Below are positions 48,442-62,480 of a stretch of 64,000 nt of DNA, in pieces. Below the pieces are notes generated by a model. It worked only from the letters and a program-made list of their open reading frames with translations. It was not told the origin of the DNA and did no database searches. The stretch comes from Eledone cirrhosa (taxonomy: Eukaryota). Each line of letters opens with the position of its first letter. The stretch's first letter is position 1. The position numbers were made by a program, and so were the translations under genes. The stretch spans positions 230,082,001-230,146,000 of the forward strand of contig OZ024740.1 in NCBI GenBank assembly GCA_964016885.1. The letters run 5' to 3'.

Positions 48442-51400
48442 TTAATCTTTATGTTTTTAATCTATTCCTTTTACTTTGTTACTTTTCCAGCGTGAACAAA
48501 TTTTCGTTCTCGTCATATTGTTAATATGCCATGCTTGCCAGAGATTTTCATTGACATAAGCGATAAGTAAAATAATCTTATCTGATCGTCATATGTGTCA
48601 CTTGAATTGATGATAAATTTATTTCATTCACTTCTTCCTTTATTTTCTTCTTCTATGATTCCATCGTGTCACCAATATTGCTCTTTCTACATGACAAAAA
48701 TATTCGATATATCAACGGTTCTAAGAATAAATGATGAGTATTCCGCCGGTTTGACGATGAGCAATCAGTTGTTGGATTAGGCAGGATGGGACGAAGAGGG
48801 TAAATCTTTATGCTACTTGTTAAATTAACGCGTGCATTACTGAGTATTCTACAGACACGCGTACCTATTGCATAATTCTCAGGCAGAATCAACGTGACAC
48901 GTTATAAGGCGTGAGTGTACCTTGGGATTACAATTACAATCACCTTTCCATCCAATGACCCTTCCCACAGTATTTCTCTACCCAATTTCACTCACTTGGG
49001 TCGACTTGGGTCGACCCGAGACTATGATTAAAGATACTTTTACTGAAGATGCTATGAAAAGTTGTTTAACTCCACAGCCATGCTTGTATTCCCATATAAC
49101 TAGATGGATAGTTTGAGGGTTTAAATTTGAGAGACGATGGGAGATGGGGCATAGCATATTGCGTAATGGGGTCGTAGTCGCTGCAGATAGTAATAGCTTT
49201 ATTAGCTTTATCATATAGAAACTGCGTAATATGACGGCTGCAGCTGGATAGCGTCTGTCTTCCCATTGTGTGGCTGTTGCGGTCTTGTTCAGTTTGTCGA
49301 TTTGGGGAAGGTGGACGGTCAGCGTTCAGTTTACCGAATTTGGAGGGTGGATCGCGATTTAGTTTAGCAGGAATCATGAGTGCAGGTTGGCGTTTAATTT
49401 AGGGTAGTATTTGCTCAGTGTTTTGTGGTCAGATTGGAGCAAAAACAGTTTTATTTACGTGTATAACGGAACATAGTTAGAGATGTAAAAATTACTTACA
49501 GACAGATGTGGGTCTGAAGAAAGTAATGAGAGCGCAATAGATTCCTAATAAATGTATGAAAAGGAGAGGAAATGCCCAGTGAGATTTTAACACACCAATG
49601 GATTGAGTGACATTATTTATTTAGCCTAAATGTAATAACCCAAGCTACTATATAATCCTTTATCTTGACATTATTTTTTTACTATAAAAACATATAATCT
49701 GATTGAATGTACCCGCGTATTACTGGTACTTATTTTATACACCACAGAAGCACGAAAGGCAAAATCGCACTTGATGTGAACAGAGACCATAAAAGGAAGA
49801 AATAGAATATAGTCAAGCATTTAATTATGTACTTTGCTATGTCTGCCTGATCATTGCTTTCATATCAAGCGTAATTACTATTTTTTTTTAAATATCATAG
49901 CAAGTGTAATTGCGATTTTTAAATAACCAGCATTTTAATTCCTATATTTTAATTACAGATATAAATGTTTCATTCCAGAAATCTGCCATATAAAAATGTC
50001 TTAATGTTCCTCGAAAATCTATAATTTTTCAAGATTAATAAATTTTACTTGTCTGTTTTAGCTTCAGTAATGGCGAACAAGTAGTTTGCTGCTAAACAAG
50101 TACACAAACGATTCGGTTTGTATTTACAACCAAATCTAATTCGTTTTACTCACACTCTATAGTCGAATCTATCCTCTATGTGGCGGGTAGGGGAACTGCC
50201 TTCTGGTATAAGCTAAGAAGAAACAATCATGGAACAAACACAGGTTGGTTAATGTCAAAAGTATATAGCCCTTCAGAAGTGTTACTCTCACTGGGAATAA
50301 AGCTCTAGATCAAAAACTTCTATCCTTATATTACAGGGGGTTGGTTTGTAGTAACCGCAAGCTTTATAAGAAATGCACGAGGTGGAATATACTATACCCA
50401 GCCTACGCTTACGCATATATTTTTCAAACACATAGACCAGTTAGGGAAGAAAACTCTGAAAACTCTGATTGCTCGTTTGTTTTGTCTTTGACTGTTTCAG
50501 CTACGTGTCTGAAAAGATGAAAAATAACCCTGAAATATCATGCTAAAATATACTGGGTAAAACATCACTTTATTTTGTTTCATTTGTCATCATTTGCCCT
50601 TCGTATTTCTACCGCATTGTAACGGCTTTTTAAAAGAATGAATTCGTTACTCGAACGGCAAACATTAACAGAAGTAAGTTCATCTGAAAATTTAAAAAAA
50701 AACGACTCTAAACTGCTTACATTCTCAACTAAAGCTATCTCGTCTCCCTTGTAAACCTCAATAACCCCAGGAGGAGAGCTTCTACAGGGTCATGAGAGAG
50801 ACTCTACGTGATGGCTTGAACGGTTAGAAATAGTGAGCAATTTTCCTTCAAATCACACACTACGGTCTTTAAAAAAAAATGATATATTGAACAATTTAGT
50901 CGTAGATATACAAACAGACGACATAGTTATCACTGAAATGACTTTGGGCTTAACAACGAAAATCTTAATATCACTCATGATTAAGGCATGAACATCACAT
51001 ATTCTCTTATTCTTTCATCAAGAATTTTAATAGTTATTCTTATGTGAAAAATCAATACTTTCTCTCTCTCCTCTCTCTTTCTCTCTCGCATTCTCTTTCA
51101 TTTTACTTCTATATCAAATAGCCTTTCTATTTAAACAACACCATAAAACGACTGTATAGTTGCAAACATCAACAATGTGATCACAGTTAATTATAAAGCG
51201 TCTGTCTGCAATGTTGTTTGTTGTCGTTCATTTTGTTTTTCAATCTGTCTGTGCTGTTAGTCATCTCATTTCCTCTGTCGATATTCAATTTTGTTTTTCT
51301 TTTGACAAAACAGTCTTCCTACCTACCTACATACCCACCTACCTACCTACCTACCTACCTACCTACCTACCTACCTACCTACCTACCTACCTACACACAC

Positions 51401-51924
51401 ACACATACCCACCCACTTATCTATCTACCTACCTACCTACTCTCCACCAAACATTTAGTTTACTCACCAATCTACTATTTCCCCTTCAACACACCCAATA
51501 ATATTCTTTATATGATTACTGTTCTATCTTCTCAGGTAGTATGCTACAAAAAGAAAACTTGCAAAATGGAGCCTATAATATGCATGCTGATAATAATTTC
51601 TGTACATAACTATTGCACTTGAAAAAGTCATGGACGTCACAATTTCTCATTCCGATTTCAGTATTAATATCATAACTATTCATACATTATTTAAAATAAT
51701 TTATTTTTGAAATTGTTTTTCGGATCAAAGTAAGTGTCTCGCCATGACCAGTCGACCAGCTAGAAAAAGCTATTAAATCTCCCTCAAATCATACCTGCTT
51801 TCTTTAAAAAAGGCAAGAAGATATTAGTTAAAGTAATTCTAGAAAGCTATAGAAAAGGAAAACTATCAGATTGTCTCCCTTAGAATGTCTCCATTACAGA
51901 TCTGTTCAATCAGAGATGATCTGG

Positions 51925-52092
51925 AGCTAAACAGCAACACCAGCAACATCAACAACATCCACAACATCCACAACATCGTCAAGAACAACAATAACAACAT
52001 CAGCAGCAACAGAAACAACTACATCAGCCACATTATCAACACCATCATCAACAACATCGTCAACAATAACAACAACAATAACAACAACAATT
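51925..52092. repeat. (AAC)n-rich trinucleotide repeat
   Basis: Imperfect CAA/CAT/CAG runs. Confidence 0.8.
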
Positions 52093-52215
52093 AGTTTATC
52101 AAGGCTTATTACATTAGCCAATGTCCTTTTCTTTTAATGTGTTTCAGTAATAGAGTGTGATTCCCAGCAGGTTGACCGATTATATAGATAGCCTTTCATT
52201 GGTTCTTATTAGTTG

Positions 52216-52633
<418 letters not shown>

Positions 52634-52671
52634 TATTAAATAAATGGAAACTATATTTATAAAACCATATT

Positions 52672-52737
52672 TATTTCATTATATATATTTCGGGGATATC
52701 ATATTAACAATATGCTATGCCTTCCTCAGACAAAATA
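52672..52737 (-). ncRNA. HHR in 3' pLTR
   Basis: Reverse complement of 57339-57404. Confidence 0.8.
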
Positions 52738-54137
52738 CAATATAAACAGTTTTATAGATAAATAGATTCGACATACCGTTATAACACCGACTTCCATTTG
52801 ACGAGGTTTAAACTGGCAGTGAAAAAATTTTACACAGAGAGAAAGAAAGAGAGAAAAAAAGAAAGAAAGACAGAAAACGAAGAAAAGGAAGAAAAAGAAG
52901 AAATGCATGGAACAAAATAGAGAGATGGAAAGATAGATAAAGCGAAGAACTTCATGTAAAGAAACAGAAAGAGATATATATATATAGAGAGAGAGGAAAT
53001 AGAGATAGATACATATATATATATAGAAAATTAGGTAGTGGGAGGTCATTTTGAGTAAATGTATCAATGATACATTTATTTATTTATTTATTTAGCTCAA
53101 GTATTAATGTAAGGGAGATATATAGAGAGAGAAAAAATATAGAGAGAGAAAAAATAGCGAGAGAAAAAATTTTAAAATAGCCAGATATATTCGAGGCGTA
53201 AAAAACCCTATGTTTTAATGTATTAGTATTTATAAAACTTACACTATATTGTAAATATCAGTATTCCTGAATGAGACAAGTATCCATAGTGTGTGAAAAT
53301 TAATTATCTTATGTTTAGTTTTTTTAAAAAAATTCATATGTTTATGTGATAGCTACAAACATCCATGTGAATCCACATGATTCACTCTGTAAACTCTAAG
53401 TTCACGGAAAACATTCTCAATGTGGTATAAAAATTTGAGTATACAAATATGTGTATTATTATTCCTGTCTTTACTCTACAAGATTATCTATCAAGCAGAA
53501 ATAGAGAGCAGATTTCAATATACTAATAAAAATATATATCAGAAACAAAACTAAAAAAAAATAAAAAGATAACAATAATAATAAGTAATAATAAAATAGA
53601 AAACTAAAAAAAAAAAATATTACGAAAGAATATTACATATTAAAAATATTACATATTAAAAATATTACGTATTAAAAAATATTACGTATTAAAAATTTAC
53701 ATATTAAAGATATTAAAAATAAAAATAAAATAAAAATAAAAAATATTATAAAATACTACAATAATAAAAATAAAAATAAACCACAAAGATCAACCCTTCA
53801 AAGTTAATTGACAATATATTGCCAAGTTCATTACAAGACAAAGCCAAAAATTATCTATCAAATCACATCTAGCAAAGATCATTTCAAAAAGTTTATGATG
53901 TCCAATTTGGTCTACATATGTTCTTATATTTAATATAGAAGTTTATCTAGTGTAAGGTTTATTCAAAATATTTGGAGCATCAGCTTTTAGGGTAGCTTAA
54001 TTTTTCATGAGGAATGTTTAAATAAAAATAAAATAAAAATAAACAATAAAAAAAGAATAAAAAGAAGGAATCAAAAATTTAGGAATCTAAAATTTATCGG
54101 CTAGTTTCCCATATAAATATAAATCAAACTAAATATA

Positions 54138-56351
54138 CTACATTTTAAATTTAAATTTATATTTAAACATTGAGTTTAATCTATGTTTGCAACAACTGAA
54201 TAAATTTGTCCGTAGATTAAGGGAATTTTTAGATTTTAGTATAAAGAATATCTCCTCTGCGCAGAGGTCACATGTCTCAGAGGATGAATTAAAAGGAATC
54301 CCTCTTGAGACTATATTCCAAGCCGTCGAATATCTAACGTTATCTAGCTTAAGTTGCCAGAGTACGCCTGATAGTGCCGTTGAAGATTTTTTACTTGGAT
54401 CTGTGAAAGAATTCTTGTGGTTATTATAGCGAAGTTTAAATTCCGTCGATGTGGAACCGACGTAGTTAAAAGAATTAGAGTCAGTATTAACATTACAATT
54501 GTATACTATATTTTTAACTAAGCAGTTGTTATTTAACGGACATTTAGATCTATCTCTACAGTTACATTTGTTAACTTGTATATTATTTATGCTATTATCA
54601 CTAGGTTTTAAGTTCCTATTATTTATTCTATTAATATTTTGTGCTAAATTTTTGGTGGATGAGTAGGTTAATTTAATTGTATGCCTATTGAAAATTGAGT
54701 GATACCTATGTGTTCTAGGGAAGCGATTATCAAGAGCTTTGAAAAATAATTTAGCGATGTGGGTTTTAATGTTTAGTGAGAAAGGGGGGGCAAACCAAAT
54801 TATGTTCCTAGTTCTATTTCTTTTTTGGCCTTTGGAATTATTGTAATGCTTTCTATTATAGTTGTTAATGTTGTTGCCGTAATTAAAAAAGTTGTTACTT
54901 TGTTTAGTTTGTCTATCATTATCTATGTACACAATCTTATCAGCATATCCTGCCCTAGCTAATGCTTCATTATAGTATTGGGCCTTTTCGTCGAAAATCT
55001 TTCTATTCGACGAGATCCTAGAGATACGTTTTTGAACAGAGTTTACAATAGTGTTTTTGACAGATCTGGGGTGGTTAGAGTTAAAGTTGACATAGTTTAA
55101 GTTTTCATTCAACTTGTGAAAAGGATAGTGGAGACATGTGTTGAGATTTAATGTTATATCTAGGAAATTGACTATTCTATGGTTGTTCTCAATTTCTATT
55201 TTAAGGTTAAAGTAATTAAAAAATTTTGTAATTTGTTTACATTTTCTATTTAGTTCAGGGTTATTATTATTAATAAGTAAAAGCATGTCATCCCTATATA
55301 AACCTCCGGTAGTACCAGGTATTTTCCTATGTAGCGAATTGATTAAAAATAAGCCCACAAGGTCAGTTACCTGAGCTGAGTCGGAGGATCCCATAGTTAT
55401 GTCAAAATTGCTATCTCTATCTGCTCTGGTCCATAATTTGTCATTAAATTCTATCAAAGTTTTCCTAGCCGATAATATAATATGCATTTCTTTGCTAGTT
55501 AGGTCAGTATGTTTGAATGCGTAATTTAGTGCCTTATTTAGTAGACTAGGGGTAATAGAAGAATAATAGTTAGCTATATCAAGTTGAATAAACCTATTAT
55601 TATTGTTATATTTAATTTGCCTAAACCACTCAACAACCTCTCCAGTTCCCTTCCACAAGCTCAGGTTAGATACACAATCCAAGTTCTTAATTTGCTGTAT
55701 CACCCTGTCAAGAATGTTTTTGCTTAATTTGCCCAGGTCCGATTTTGAAGGTGCGATCAATCTAACTGGCAGGTCATTTTCAAAATTCCTCTTGTGATCC
55801 TTCATATTGATCTTCGGTTTCCTGGGCACGAAAGGTTGTGTTCTGTTCTCAATTTCCAACTCGTGCATTATACAAGATGCTTCGACATTCATTTTCTCAA
55901 GTTCGGCCTTATCTGCTACCTTGTACTTTTTCCTCAGCTCTTTCAGTATGAGGCCATTATACATGTCTTTCCGCACTCCATAGAGGTTGTTGGTCTTGTC
56001 AGATTTCACCAAGATCTTCTCAGTTTTCTCTAAGCTCTCAATGTTATCCTTAATGCCTTTCAGATATTCCTGGCCTTTGAAGTTTCTCTTGAATTTGACC
56101 CCTTGTATGATAGAAATTATATCGTTTTCAAAGTCAGATAAAAGTTTGTTAGGGGGTGGATTTCTTTTAGATTTGAAAACTTTGTTTAAGTCCGAGACAT
56201 TTTCGTCTGCATTAGATTTATCAAAGTGGAATGCACGCCACCTGATTCTCCTTATAAAAGAGTCAGATTTATCTATTAATTGTTTTATAAAGTCTTTGTT
56301 TTTAGGTAGAGGTATGTCTTTTAGAGAGGAAGTAATCTTAAAGAATTCCAT
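54138..56351 (-). CDS. PLE polyprotein: reverse transcriptase + Cys-rich linker + GIY-YIG endonuclease (737 aa, uninterrupted)
   Basis: VKSDKTNNLY, KPKINMKDHK, PVRLIAPSKSDLG, FIQLDIANYYSSI, FDITMGSSDSAQVTDLVGLF, GLYRDDML, VNFLDITL, SNHP, CNCRDRSKCPLNNNCL, IVYNC...YVGST...FKLRYNNH, CDLCAEE. Confidence 0.95.
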   Translation of the reverse strand: MEFFKITSSLKDIPLPKNKDFIKQLIDKSDSFIRRIRWRAFHFDKSNADENVSDLNKVFKSKRNPPPNKLLSDFENDIISIIQGVKFKRNFKGQEYLKGIKDNIESLEKTEKILVKSDKTNNLYGVRKDMYNGLILKELRKKYKVADKAELEKMNVEASCIMHELEIENRTQPFVPRKPKINMKDHKRNFENDLPVRLIAPSKSDLGKLSKNILDRVIQQIKNLDCVSNLSLWKGTGEVVEWFRQIKYNNNNRFIQLDIANYYSSITPSLLNKALNYAFKHTDLTSKEMHIILSARKTLIEFNDKLWTRADRDSNFDITMGSSDSAQVTDLVGLFLINSLHRKIPGTTGGLYRDDMLLLINNNNPELNRKCKQITKFFNYFNLKIEIENNHRIVNFLDITLNLNTCLHYPFHKLNENLNYVNFNSNHPRSVKNTIVNSVQKRISRISSNRKIFDEKAQYYNEALARAGYADKIVYIDNDRQTKQSNNFFNYGNNINNYNRKHYNNSKGQKRNRTRNIIWFAPPFSLNIKTHIAKLFFKALDNRFPRTHRYHSIFNRHTIKLTYSSTKNLAQNINRINNRNLKPSDNSINNIQVNKCNCRDRSKCPLNNNCLVKNIVYNCNVNTDSNSFNYVGSTSTEFKLRYNNHKNSFTDPSKKSSTALSGVLWQLKLDNVRYSTAWNIVSRGIPFNSSSETCDLCAEEIFFILKSKNSLNLRTNLFSCCKHRLNSMFKYKFKFKM

Positions 56352-56530
56352 TTTTCCAGTTATAATATAAAGCGCTCAACAGTATTGGAGCAAGATACAT
56401 GGAAAGTTATATTTAAAATTGTTGGGTTACAACTAGTAAATATTTATAACTGATATAAAAGCACTCGACAAATATTTGGAGTATATTTACAGTATTAAAT
56501 AAATGGAAACTATATTTATAAAACCATATT

Positions 56531-56596
56531 TATTTCATTATATATATTTCGGGGATATCATATTAACAATATGCTATGCCTTCCTCAGACAAAATA
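56531..56596 (-). ncRNA. HHR in upstream direct pLTR
   Basis: Identical to 52672-52737. Confidence 0.8.
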
Positions 56597-57338
56597 CAAT
56601 ATAAACAGTTTTATAGATAAATAGATTCGACATACCGTTATAACACCGACTTCCATTTGACGAGGTTTAAACTGGCAGTGAAAACATTTTACACAGAGAG
56701 AAAGAAAGAGAGAAAAAAGAAAGAAAGACAGAAAACATATGAATTTTTTTAAAAAACTAAACATAAGATAATTAATTTTCACACACTATGGATACTTGTC
56801 TCATTCAGGAATACTGATATTTACAATATAGTGTAAGTTTTATAAATACTAATACATTAAAACATAGGGTTTTTTACGCCTCGAATATATCTGGCTATTT
56901 TTAAATTTTTTCTCTCGCTATTTTTTCTCTCTCTATATTTTTTCTCTCTATATATATCTCCCTTACATTAATACTTGAGCTAAATAAATAAATAAATAAA
57001 TAAATGTATCATTGATACATTTACTCAAAATGACCTCCCACTACCTAATTTTCTATATATATATGTATCTATCTCTATTTCCTCTCTCTATATATATATA
57101 TATATCTTTCTGTTTCTTTACATGAAGTTCTTCGCTTTATCTATCTTTCCATCTCTCTATTTTGTTCCATGCATTTCTTCTTTTTCTTCCTTTTCTTCGT
57201 TTTCTGTCTTTCTTTCTTTTTTCTCTCTTTCTTTCTCTCTGTGTAAAATTTTTTCACTGCCAGTTTAAACCTCGTCAAATGGAAGTCGGTGTTATAACGG
57301 TATGTCGAATCTATTTATCTATAAAACTGTTTATATTG

Positions 57339-57404
57339 TATTTTGTCTGAGGAAGGCATAGCATATTGTTAATATGATATCCCCGAAATATATATAATGA
57401 AATA
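57339..57404 (+). ncRNA. HHR in inverted pLTR
   Basis: TATTTTGT CTGAGGA A GG...CATATT-GTT-AATATG...CC GAAA TATAT ATA ATGAAATA (8-bp stem I with two G-U pairs). Confidence 0.8.
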
Positions 57405-57589
57405 AATATGGTTTTATAAATATAGTTTCCATTTATTTAATACTGTAAATATACTCCAAATATTTGTCGAGTGCTTTTATATCAGTTATAAATATTTACT
57501 AGTTGTAACCCAACAATTTTAAATATAACTTTCCATGTATATATATATATATATATATACATACGTGTGTGTGTGGGGGGTGGGTTATT

Positions 57590-57725
57590 TCTGAGTTCAA
57601 ATCCCGCCGAGGTTAGCTTTACTCTTCATCCTTACGGGGTCGATAAAATAAAGCACCAGTAACGTACTGGGGTCGATTTAATCGATCCCCCCCACCCCAA
57701 TTACTGGCCTTGTGCCTATACTAGG
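57590..57725 (+). mobile_element. 5'-truncated tRNA-derived SINE
   Basis: CTGAGTTCAAATCCCGCCGAGGTT...GGGGTCGATAAAATAAAG...GGCCTTGTG, (ATT)n tail. Confidence 0.75.
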
Positions 57726-57727
57726 AA

Positions 57728-57779
<52 letters not shown>

Positions 57780-57931
57780 TAACGGCCATAATGGTTTGGA
57801 CACCAAGATGACCATCACAAAACTTACAGTAGCTTTAAAACAAAATAAAAAAAAAGCTAATATTACTTTTTATTTTTTCGAGATTCTTAGCTGAGGAGAG
57901 CTAAGATACGTTAAAGTGCCAAATGTCTTAA

Positions 57932-58200
57932 CCCTTTAGCATTTACATTACTCTATATATACTATTGTATTTACTATATACTATATACTATATACTATAC
58001 TCTATATATACTATTGTATTTACATGGTAAACACTTTATTTTACATAATTATCTCACATAATATCAATCTATGAAATGTTGATGATATTTATTTTGAGAA
58101 GAATACCTTAACATAAGTATGAGTAGCCATTTACAGCCAGTTTGAACAGAAATAAGTGAGGGAATTCTGGCCGGACACAGCCGGTTTGAATGCTAAAGGG
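57932..58200. mobile_element. piggyBac-like MITE
   Basis: TTAA-CCCTTTAGCATT ... AATGCTAAAGGG-TTAA (12-bp TIR, TTAA TSD). Confidence 0.8.
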
Positions 58201-58935
58201 TTAAGGTATTTCTTTACTATTTTCTGGGGCTTTGTTTTATTATGTGCTGAATACAAATTCGGACAGAGTTAATTCCTTATTACATTCCACTTGGGTCGGT
58301 GGAATAAAATACCAGATAAGTGCTGGATGGGTGGGGGTTCAATCTAATCAAGTAAAGGCACCTGGTTCAGTAAATAAGAAGCTGCGTTAACGATCTTAAG
58401 GTTGTGAGTTCGATTCCCTAAATGGTCGGTGGATTGTGAACTTAAGCAAGACTGGAAAAAGAGGATGAGTTGTGATGATACTGGCTCTAATGTGTATCGG
58501 CCGCTCCCTTTCCCTTGGAAACGATCGGTGACCTGGTGAGGGGAGTCTTGCATGTATGCAGGACTGATGGTCTTCCAACGGATAGACAATCCTAAGGTCA
58601 ATCACTTATGAGAACATAACCCATGGTCTATAATGGCTGAAGGTGGTGGGGAAAGGCTGTTTTTTTTTTCAGTCTAATCAACTACACCTTTCCACCCCAA
58701 AATTATGTGACCTTGATATAATGTTAATATTTCTAAAAACATAATACTTATCTTCAAAACTAGAGAGCTGCAGATGTGTCAAATTCTATTGCTAGCTCTG
58801 GCAATGTCTTCATCTACATACGTATACATACACATACACTCTACAAAACAACTGACAGGGAGCTATGTCGCATTTAATAAATCAATTTTGGTTGCTTCTT
58901 GAAATAGATCAAGTAATACACGCACGCACTCACAC

Positions 58936-59036
<101 letters not shown>

Positions 59037-59268
59037 TTTCTATTTATTTGCCACCAGGGCATCAAAGATTGGGACAAATACAAAGGGGAGGGGGGAGTTT
59101 ACATACATTTCAAGGGACGTGTAAAAATATAAAACAAATCAAATTCAACAATCGAAGTCCTCAATAGGGAGGGGGCGTTGACGTGGGTCGCACACACCCC
59201 GAAAAAAATGTGCAACCCTCCTCCTCAGGAGCACAAAGAGCGGGTGCCCCCTTCCTCTCCTCTCTCAC

Positions 59269-62200
59269 CTACAGGCTGATATAGAGAGAAGGCCCATTCA
59301 CTCGGGCCATTCTCGCCACTTTCACCCACCTTTCATAAAACTTGATTGGGTAGAGCACCTCTCTCTCTCCATTCTGATCCTTCTTCTAAAATGGTACTTG
59401 AAAAAAAGGACCAGTTGTTGGCCGGAGGGAAAAGTGTCTGATCTCAGCCCTTTCAACCTCGTCCATACCTATCACACAGAGGAAAACCGCTTCTCCTTCG
59501 TTTTTGAAGCGGGGAGGCGGTTTGATCGTGACAATGTACTCGGTGGTCAACCGGATTGGTCCCACCCGCGACAGTAGTCGTTCCACATAGCCCCACAGGT
59601 CAGCAACGCCCGGGAAGTGTACAAATGTGTGCGCGACGGTTTCCTCGTCACACACGCATCTCGGACAGATCTTCTTCTAGGGGTCCTTACCCGGGCGCCC
59701 ATGTCTGTAGAGCTTGTCCAGAACGGGTAGAGCTCCTGCCATGCCAGGGACTTTTGGAAGTTGTCCATCGGTCCCGGGCCAAACGTCCTTCCGAACAGAC
59801 TGGCTAGCTCGTCTTCCTCCATGCCCAGAGCCTCTCCGAGAGGGTCGTCGCACTTGCTGCGCACCAACCCTCTATAGAATGTTGAGGTTGAGTCTCCACT
59901 GATTGCCGGATCCGCTTGCTAGAGGGCTGTGAGCGCCTGGGTACATTCAATGTGCCAGTCGCCCACTTTTCTCGGTCTTTGCTTGACCCAGGATTGCAGC
60001 TCGGTGAACGAGACGAGTTTCGGAAAGGCTCGCCTCACAAAAGAGGCCCACACCGGCTGACCGGTGAAGAATACCTGGAGGTGCCGTAGCCTTAATCCGT
60101 GTCTACGCATCGTCAGCCACGGCATCACCAGCCCTCCGTTCGAAGGGTGTTGACAGTAGATGGATCTTCTCACCAAAGGGGCTCGCTTCTTCTAAAGGAA
60201 TCGGAAGAGCGCGCGTTCCATTTTGGCAAGCGTTTTCGCTGGGCAAGGCACGACGGTCAAGCGGTAGTAGTTGACGGACGCTATATAAGTGTTCGCCACC
60301 TCCGCTCGACCTTTCAGGGATAGTTTGCACTCGGCCCACTTCTGGGCGAGTGCAAACACCCTGCCCGTTACCTCATCTCAGTTTTTCTCCACCTGGAGGT
60401 TCGGTCCGAACCAGACCCCGAGCAGCTTCACCGGTCCCTCCGTCCAGTGTCGACGACGCCGTCGGAGGGCATCGGTTTGCCTCTCCACGTTCCGAGTTGC
60501 AAACCGACGGACTTGTCCCGGTTCAGCTTGGCTCCTGTAAACCTTTCATATTCCTCCAGTAAGGTGCTGATCTGCCCGATTTCCGAGGCGCACGACACCA
60601 TTACTGTCACGTCATCGGCGTAGGCCGACACCGCTTTCCGTAATCCCCGTTCCAATGGGATTCCCTGCAACAGCTCCAACTTCCGCAGTAGTGGCTCGAG
60701 AGCCAGCACATACAGAAGAGAGGAGAGAGGGCATCCCTGTCGGATGGATCGCGCGATTTGAAACGGCTCCGAGAAGTAGCCGTTCACCTTGACACTCGAG
60801 CAGGTGTTGCTGCTGTGCATTGCAGCAATCCAGCCCCTGAAAACCGGTCCGAAGCCTGCCGCCGCGAGCACCGCATCCAGGTGCCGATGGTCGACCATAT
60901 CTAACGCCTTAGATTAATCCAAGTTGATCAGGGCCCCACCAAAGCCGGGTTCGTTCCCTACCCTCTCTACGATGTATCGCATGAGGTGGAGGTTGTCGTG
61001 TAGGGACTTGGACGGGATTGAGCATGTCTGCGCTTCTCCCACCAGGTTCCCGACGACAAGCGCCAACCTCTTCGCTAACACCTTGGCCAAAATTTTTAAC
61101 TCTGTGTTTAGAAGAGTTATGGGCCTGAAGTTATCTATGTCATCCCCCTTGTTCTCGTCCTTCCTCACCAGCGTGACTAAGCCCTTTGTCACAGAACTGG
61201 GAAGGTTCCCGTTCTGTTGCCAGTTGCAGTAGACCGCCTCGAGGAGATCGGAGAACAAGTCCGGCATCGCTACATAAAGTTCGTATGGTAGACCATCGAG
61301 ACTGGGAGATTTATGTTTGCCGCATAGGCTCAGCGCTTCCCTTATTTCAGCGGCTGAAATCGGCCTTTCGCAGGACTTAGCCTCCCCGTCCGAGAACCAC
61401 GGCAGACCGTCGAGGTATGGACCGAAATCAATGGCCTCACCCGGCCCGCCGCCCCTCTCGAACAGTCGTGCAAAGCGCCGTTGAAAGGCCGCGCATATCC
61501 GCTCAGGTTCAAGGATCACGCATCCATCCTGGTCCTTCAAAGACCGTATCGTGGACTTTTTACCACTTTTTGCCTCTGTCACTCGGGCCCAGCTAACAGC
61601 TTTGGCTCCCTCGTTACCCAGAGCACGTATTTTACTCCTGACAACACAACCCTCGTGCTTCGCGTCAAAGAACTGGTCTAGAGCCGTTCTTGACGCCATC
61701 ACGCCGGCCACGTTGCCACTCCTAATCGCCTCTTCTCCTCTATCTATCAATTCCCTTTCAGTTCTATTCCTATCTGATGCTAATTCCTGACTAAAACCTA
61801 TCGATTCTATTCTAATTTCTCTCTTGACAATTGCTGTTGACAATTGCCCCCGTCAACCGCTGCTTAACTAGATAACTAATCCACTTACTGTAAGCTTTGT
61901 TTGTCGGTAAGGACAAGTTTAGCTTCCAGTAACCGGGTCCTTGTCTATGGGTTCTATCAAGGTTGACCACTCCGGTCACCAACTTGTGATCCGAATAGTC
62001 AGCCATGAACATTCGTGGACAGCTTAATATGTCCCTATCCTTATTTCTAACTAGGAACATATCTAGGTACGACCTAGATGTTCCGCTGCGATTAGTCCAC
62101 GTCCACAGTGGCACAGTCGGAAAATCTAGTCGATATCTATCGGCCAGATCAAATCGGCCGATTAACCGTTTGAGGCTGTTACACCCCCTCTATCGGAACA

Positions 62201-62480
62201 TGCCCCTACATAGTCCCAACGTTCATCCAGGATACCATTCCAGTCCCCCACTAAAAGCAAGGAACAAGACGTTCCCAGAAAAGTCTCTAGGCGTTGGAAG
62301 ATGTCCGGTTGCGGTGTCCCAGATGGGGCATACGCTGCCACCAGCCTGAAGGCGCCACCTTCACTACTGCCTACGTCTAGAACCATCAGTCGATCCTCCG
62401 GGTCCAGGTGTACCTTCCGTGTTGCGAGGCCCAGGTGTTTTCGCAGCAGAACGACCACCCCGCCCTCACCCCCCGGCTGA
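59269..62480 (-). pseudogene. LINE ORF2 (AP endonuclease + RT), frameshifted
   Basis: FRLVAAYAPS, LLVGDWN, WTW...SYLDMFLV...SDHKLV...GPGYWKLN, KSPSLDGLPYE, NFRPITLLN, SIRQGCPLS, AYADDV across several ORF pieces. Confidence 0.9.

Noticed and set aside
50490-50562. Possible host exon (TTTCAG...GG/GTAAAA)
   Set aside because: Stops in all three frames and no other support.
51885-52121. Poly-Asn / poly-Val ORFs
   Set aside because: They derive from an (AAC)n repeat.
54138-56351. Selenoprotein recoding, as reported for some Naiad elements
   Set aside because: The ORF has no in-frame TGA, the Cys motifs are ordinary Cys, and I could not see a convincing SECIS in the 3' region.
52726-57350. Small ORFs ending VKFFHCQFKPRQMEVGVITVCRIYLSIKLFILYFV (three copies)
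   Set aside because: They recur only because they lie in the pLTR; the N-termini are low-complexity and the frame is not conserved in the 32711 sister copy.
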